Below are positions 57,842 through 64,000 of a DNA stretch of 64,000 bases, piece by piece. The DNA is from Gemmatimonadota bacterium (GTDB lineage: Bacteria; Gemmatimonadota; Gemmatimonadetes; Longimicrobiales; Gaopeijiaceae), in NCBI GenBank assembly GCA_039590375.1, contig JBDHFN010000004.1:577-64576 (forward strand), read 5' to 3'. Made by a program: the position numbers and the translations under genes. Under the pieces are notes generated by a model, which searched no databases, had not been told where the DNA came from, and saw only the letters and a program-made list of their open reading frames with translations. Numbering within the stretch: the first letter of the stretch is position 1; each line of letters starts with the position of its first letter.

Positions 57842-58052
57842 GGGGATGTCCTATCCAAGGGCGGGAGAATCTCACGAGTGGAGTCGCCGGGGCCGAAGAT
57901 AGATGCTCGTCGCGACATCCGCCAAGGCGGAGCGCCCTGGATCGCATACCCCCACTACCAGGCACCGGTCTTTTCGAAACCCGCTCGCCACCTCATGTTG
58001 TCCGGTCGGTCCGAAAGCGTGGGCCGCCGATCCCCAAGGCAAAGGAGCCCCC

Positions 58053-59750
58053 GTGAGCCCCGCAATGCTGGCCGCCCTCGCCGCCCTACCCATCCTTCTC
58101 GGTGGAGTCCTTCTGGTGGGCTTCCGAATTCCGGCCAAGTGGGCCATGCCCGCGGTGTACGTCACGGCGGTCGTCATCGCCCTGAACGTATGGGGCATGC
58201 CCTCCGTCGACGTCGCGGCCTCCACGATCCAGGGCCTCTTTCTCACGTTCGACCTCCTTCTGATCATCTTCGGCGCCATTCTGCTCCTCAACACGCTCGA
58301 GCGGTCGGGCGGCGTGGCGGCCATACGGAGAAGCTTTCACGACATCAGCGACGATCGCCGGGTGCAGGTCGTCATCATCGCCTGGCTTTTCGGATCCTTC
58401 ATCGAGGGCGCGGCTGGATTCGGAACGCCGGCCGCCGTGGCGGCCCCCCTCATGGTGGCCATGGGCTTTCCAGCCGCGGGCGCCGTGATGTTGGGCATGA
58501 TGATCCAGAGCACCGCGGTCACGTTCGGCGCGGTGGGGACCCCGGTTCTGGTAGGTGTCCAAGGGGGTGTCGTGAGCCCGGAGTTCACGGTGGCGCTGGC
58601 GGCGTCGGGCGCGACCCTGAGCGAGTATGTCCGGGCGGTAGCCGTGCGGGCCGCCGGCCTCCACGCCATCACCGGCACAATCATGCCGATGTTCATGGTC
58701 GTCATGATGACCCGCTTCTTCGGGGAGCGGAAGTCGTGGACCGAGGGGCTATCCGTGCTGCCCTTTGCGCTGTTCGGCGGTGTCGCGTTCACCGTTCCGT
58801 ATTTCCTGACTGCGTGGATCTTCGGGCCCGAGTTTCCCTCTCTTCTGGGAGGCCTGGTTGGGCTCGCCATCGTGTCCTCCGCGGCACGGAAGGGTTTCCT
58901 GATCCCGAAGGACACATGGGACTTTCCCGCGGCCAGCCAGTGGCCCTCGGAGTGGGTGAGCGGCCTCGAGGTCAGCTCGGAGGAGATAGGTGAGCACCCG
59001 GAGATGTCGGCTGGAAAGGCTTGGCTTCCCTACCTCCTGTTGGCGATTCTTCTGGTTCTGAGCCGCCTTCCCTGGCTGCCCTTCGGAGAGGCCCTCAGGA
59101 GCTTCAGTATCTCATGGCCGGAGATCTTCGGAACGTCGGTGAGCGCGGTGACCACTCCGCTCTATCTGCCGGGGACGATTCTGATCGCCGTCGTGGGGAT
59201 CACGGCGCTGTTGCACCGTATGAGCGGGGGCGCCCTGAAGAGCGCCTTCGTCGACTCCAGCAAGGTCCTCTTGGGGGCGGGATTCGTGCTGGTCTTCACC
59301 GTGCCCATGGTTCGTGTCTACATCAATTCCGGGGTGAACGCGGCGGGCCTCGAATCGATGCCTCTCGAGATGGCGGGGTGGGTCGCCGACACAGTAGGGG
59401 GTGTCTGGCCCCTCTTCGCGGGCGTCACGGGGGCCCTGGGGGCCTTCATTGCCGGATCCAACACGGTGAGCAACCTCATGTTCGCGGCATTCCAGCATGG
59501 TGTAGCGGCGCGCCTGGCCATCTCGAGCTCGATGATCGTGGCACTCCAGGCCGTGGGAGCCGCGGCGGGTAACATGGTCGCGATCCACAACGTGGTCGCG
59601 GCGTCGGCTACGGTGGGGCTGCTGGGACGGGAGGGAGCCACTCTGCGGAAGACGATCCTGCCGACGATCTACTATCTGACGGTGATCGGCATATTGGGGC
59701 TCATCGCCGTATACGTGCTACGGATCGCTGGACCGCTAGGGGCCGGCTAG
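58053..59750 (+). CDS. L-lactate permease (LctP family)
   Basis: AAAGGAG then GTG at 58053. Blocks [29 protein letters not shown] and [15 protein letters not shown]. Multi-TM. Confidence 0.88.
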   Translation: MSPAMLAALAALPILLGGVLLVGFRIPAKWAMPAVYVTAVVIALNVWGMPSVDVAASTIQGLFLTFDLLLIIFGAILLLNTLERSGGVAAIRRSFHDISDDRRVQVVIIAWLFGSFIEGAAGFGTPAAVAAPLMVAMGFPAAGAVMLGMMIQSTAVTFGAVGTPVLVGVQGGVVSPEFTVALAASGATLSEYVRAVAVRAAGLHAITGTIMPMFMVVMMTRFFGERKSWTEGLSVLPFALFGGVAFTVPYFLTAWIFGPEFPSLLGGLVGLAIVSSAARKGFLIPKDTWDFPAASQWPSEWVSGLEVSSEEIGEHPEMSAGKAWLPYLLLAILLVLSRLPWLPFGEALRSFSISWPEIFGTSVSAVTTPLYLPGTILIAVVGITALLHRMSGGALKSAFVDSSKVLLGAGFVLVFTVPMVRVYINSGVNAAGLESMPLEMAGWVADTVGGVWPLFAGVTGALGAFIAGSNTVSNLMFAAFQHGVAARLAISSSMIVALQAVGAAAGNMVAIHNVVAASATVGLLGREGATLRKTILPTIYYLTVIGILGLIAVYVLRIAGPLGAG

Positions 59751-59795
59751 GGAGCGCGGCTAAAGAGGCGGCAGAGTCGAGGGGAATCCGGCCCT

Positions 59796-60383
59796 TCAGT
59801 CCGCCCGTCCACTCCCGGCGTAAGGAAGCCCCGGCGCACCGATTTCCGAACGGATCTCGGCCTCCGCGGAAAACGGGTCCCCACTCCATTCCTCAAACCG
59901 TCCCTGGAGATCGAACGCGACGGTCTCCAGCGGAATGGACATGTAGTTGAAGCGGTTCTGTATAAAGGGCTCCACGTACCGGCGGGCGAACTCGTGGATC
60001 CCCAACACGTCGTACTGCACGACGTGGACCATCTCGTGGAAGACGACCGAATGGGATGGCGGCCCCGGCACCTGCTCGCCGTTCACGAGAATGACATCCC
60101 CGAACGTGATGGCGGCCCAGACCGTGAAGTCCAACGGGAACGACTCCCCGGCCTCCTCGAACTCCCTGTAGAAGGGGGGATTGTCCAGCCTGGAGACGTG
60201 CCTGATCCTGGCCCGATCCAGCGTCTCCTGCGCAAAGAAGCCACTGAGGGCGGCCACAGTCGTGTCGGGGAGGGGGTCAGCGTGCACCCGATGCTGGGCA
60301 CGCTGACCCTCGATCCAGTGCCCGGCGTTTTCCGCCAAGTACGAGACCAACTCCTGCATATTGAGGCGCTTGGGGTCCGTCAC
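59796..60383 (-). CDS. Hypothetical protein with HExxH zinc-metallopeptidase-like motif
   Basis: VVFHEMVHVVQY motif, reminiscent of DUF4157-type domains. Starts 9 nt after the gyrB stop. Confidence 0.6.
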   Translation of the reverse strand: MTDPKRLNMQELVSYLAENAGHWIEGQRAQHRVHADPLPDTTVAALSGFFAQETLDRARIRHVSRLDNPPFYREFEEAGESFPLDFTVWAAITFGDVILVNGEQVPGPPSHSVVFHEMVHVVQYDVLGIHEFARRYVEPFIQNRFNYMSIPLETVAFDLQGRFEEWSGDPFSAEAEIRSEIGAPGLPYAGSGRAD

Positions 60384-60392
60384 CGGGATATC

Positions 60393-62336
<1,944 letters not shown>

Positions 62337-62389
62337 CTACAGCACACTCCTTTGTGGGTTGGGAACGCACACCGTCCAAATCACGGTCG

Positions 62390-62704
62390 TCACGATCCGT
62401 CTCCCTCCATCAGCGTCAGAACGATCCGATCGATCGTCCCCTCCCCTCCCAACTCGTCATTGACCCGATCCAACAGGGCCTTCTTCATGAGGCTCAATTC
62501 CATGAGCCAGGCGCTACTCCGAACCTCGACGAACAGCGTGGACGCTACCACCGTCCTCGCGTTCGTCACTTCGGCAATCTTGTCGCCCACCGCACCCGGC
62601 CAGACGTCGAGCGCACCGATCCTCTCGATCTGCGTACCGACGCCGCGCTTCGCCAAGACACCATGGAGGAGATCCCCCACCCGCGTCGGCCCGACGTCGC
62701 TCAC
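62390..62704 (-). CDS. DUF721 (DciA-like) domain protein
   Basis: Sits between recF and gyrB as in many bacteria. W...VG..IA..T......G.L.V.V.SS.W..EL pattern. The GTG start at 62704 forms a GTGA overlap with the recF stop. Confidence 0.7.
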   Translation of the reverse strand: MSDVGPTRVGDLLHGVLAKRGVGTQIERIGALDVWPGAVGDKIAEVTNARTVVASTLFVEVRSSAWLMELSLMKKALLDRVNDELGGEGTIDRIVLTLMEGDGS

Positions 62705-63888
62705 GCGCAGATCCGTCCATCCTTGATACCCCATCGGGGAAGCACATCTCCCTGCAGCGGGACGTCGCTCTCTTTGGGCGCCGTGAGGATGACCTGGCCG
62801 AAGCGGCCTAGCCCCATCAGCCCGAGCACTCTCTCCCTCCTGGCGTCGTCCAACTCGGCGAACGCGTCGTCGAGAAGGAGCACCGGAGCGCTGTCCCTCG
62901 CCTTGCGGATCGCATCCCCCTCGATCAACCGGAGCGCGAGCGCCACCGTCCGGCGCTGGCCACCCGACCCGAACTCTCTCACCTCCATCTCGCTTTGGCC
63001 GTCCACCAGCGCGAGCAGGAGTTCGTCCCGATGCGGTCCCGCGCTCGTGCTCTTCCGCCGAAGATCGACGGTCCAGCGGCTATCCAGGGCAGCTCGGCAC
63101 GCCCGGTAGATGCCATCGTCCTGCCAGTCGTCCACGGGGACCTTGGGAACGTAGGTCATCGTCGCCGAGTCTCCCCCACTCACCTCCTCGTAGTATCCAC
63201 GGAAGGCATCCCGCCACTCGGCGATCCATCGGTGCCGAGCACCCATCACGGTCGCGGCGCTCCGAGCCAGGGGCTCGTCCCACGCCCGTACCACCTCTAC
63301 AGGCTGTTCCTTACGAAGGGCCGCGTTCCGCTGGGCCAGCGCGTGCCGAAAGGCCTGAAGAGCAGCCAGGTATCCGTCCTGGTTCAGCGAAAGGGCCACG
63401 TCCATGAATCGGCGGCGGCGCACGGGTCCCTCGTTCACGATGCCGACATCGGCCGGCGAGAAGATCACGGCGCCCAGCTTCCCGATCGCGTCCCCGATGC
63501 GCTCGGGCTCCACACCGTCGATGGTCACCTTTCGACGACCACTCGATCCTTCATACGCGGCCGCGACCTCGGTCGGAGAGTCCCCGCCGTCATCCGTTGA
63601 GACGACTCGACCGGCCACCCGGAAGACATCCTCCCCAAACGTGATAAGGTGCTCCATGCGCGCGCCACGAAACGAACGGAACGTCTCCAGATAGTAGATG
63701 GCCTCGAGCAGGTTGGACTTCCCTTGAGCGTTCGCGCCTATAAGGGCCACGCCCCCTGGCGGGAAGGAAAGCTCCTGGTCACCGAGGTTTCGAAAGAACC
63801 GAAGTTTCAGCACGCTCAGGTGCAAGGAATCGATGCCAGGGAAAGCCTTGAAATCATGAGGAAATTTAACCGTGCGAGGGCCCTGCAA
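62701..63888 (-). CDS. recF: DNA replication and repair protein RecF
   Basis: LKLRFFRNL, Walker A GANAQGKSNLLEAI, signature SGGQRRTVALALRL, Walker B LLLDDAFAELD. The true start may be the TTG at 63825 rather than the ATG at 63888. Confidence 0.92.
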   Translation of the reverse strand: MQGPRTVKFPHDFKAFPGIDSLHLSVLKLRFFRNLGDQELSFPPGGVALIGANAQGKSNLLEAIYYLETFRSFRGARMEHLITFGEDVFRVAGRVVSTDDGGDSPTEVAAAYEGSSGRRKVTIDGVEPERIGDAIGKLGAVIFSPADVGIVNEGPVRRRRFMDVALSLNQDGYLAALQAFRHALAQRNAALRKEQPVEVVRAWDEPLARSAATVMGARHRWIAEWRDAFRGYYEEVSGGDSATMTYVPKVPVDDWQDDGIYRACRAALDSRWTVDLRRKSTSAGPHRDELLLALVDGQSEMEVREFGSGGQRRTVALALRLIEGDAIRKARDSAPVLLLDDAFAELDDARRERVLGLMGLGRFGQVILTAPKESDVPLQGDVLPRWGIKDGRICA

Positions 63889-63908
63889 CCACCCGTCGTC
63901 ACACCAGG

Positions 63909-64000
63909 CTATTCGCCCTTGAAAGCCGCCTTGCGCTTCTCGAGAAAGGCCGTCATTCCTTCTTTCATGTCGGTCGTGGAAGCCAGTAATCCGAACAGTG
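63909..64000 (-). CDS. Enoyl-CoA hydratase/isomerase family protein, 3' end only (truncated by window edge)
   Basis: The minus-strand translation ends ...DMKEGMTAFLEKRKAAFKGE then TAG. This is the typical crotonase-family C-terminus. Confidence 0.6.
   Translation of the reverse strand, partial: LFGLLASTTDMKEGMTAFLEKRKAAFKGE

Overview
64-kb chromosomal segment from a high-GC diderm bacterium (roughly 60-65% GC by eye; no taxon can be assigned from sequence alone). I call about 57 protein-coding genes. I found no rRNA, tRNA, CRISPR array, transposase or prophage genes.

Gene content:
- Housekeeping: rho, fumC, trxB, thyX, recF-DUF721-gyrB, MlaFED, Ada, pterin dehydratase.
- Exported, outer-membrane and lipoprotein genes: many, including DUF5916, DUF1207, three small beta-barrel-like proteins, a sortilin/BNR protein, an NHL propeller and an OmpA-like lipoprotein.
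- Metal homeostasis: Fur-family regulator with a divergent MerC-like gene, a ZIP transporter and a VIT1/CCC1 transporter.
- Signalling: two class III nucleotidyl cyclases.
- Envelope export: a TetR-controlled MMPL/RND, LolA-like and beta-barrel cluster.

Most of the long ORFs in the six-frame track are antisense shadow ORFs typical of high-GC DNA.

Strongest non-routine observations:
1. thyX is interrupted, inside its RHR-X7-S catalytic motif, by a 382-codon class-1 intein carrying an HNH (not LAGLIDADG) endonuclease.
2. A 22-24 bp palindrome occurs three times around the tetR-MMPL cluster and is a presumed operator set.
3. Two intergenic tandem-repeat arrays are unexplained (3 x 22 bp and about 6 x 18 bp).
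4. A 1.1-kb lower-GC patch holds translationally coupled orphan ORFs.
5. The rho gene has a near-consensus promoter and a C-rich, G-poor leader.

I did not recognise a complete defence system or biosynthetic cluster. All functional calls rest on motif recognition by eye and need HMM/BLAST confirmation.
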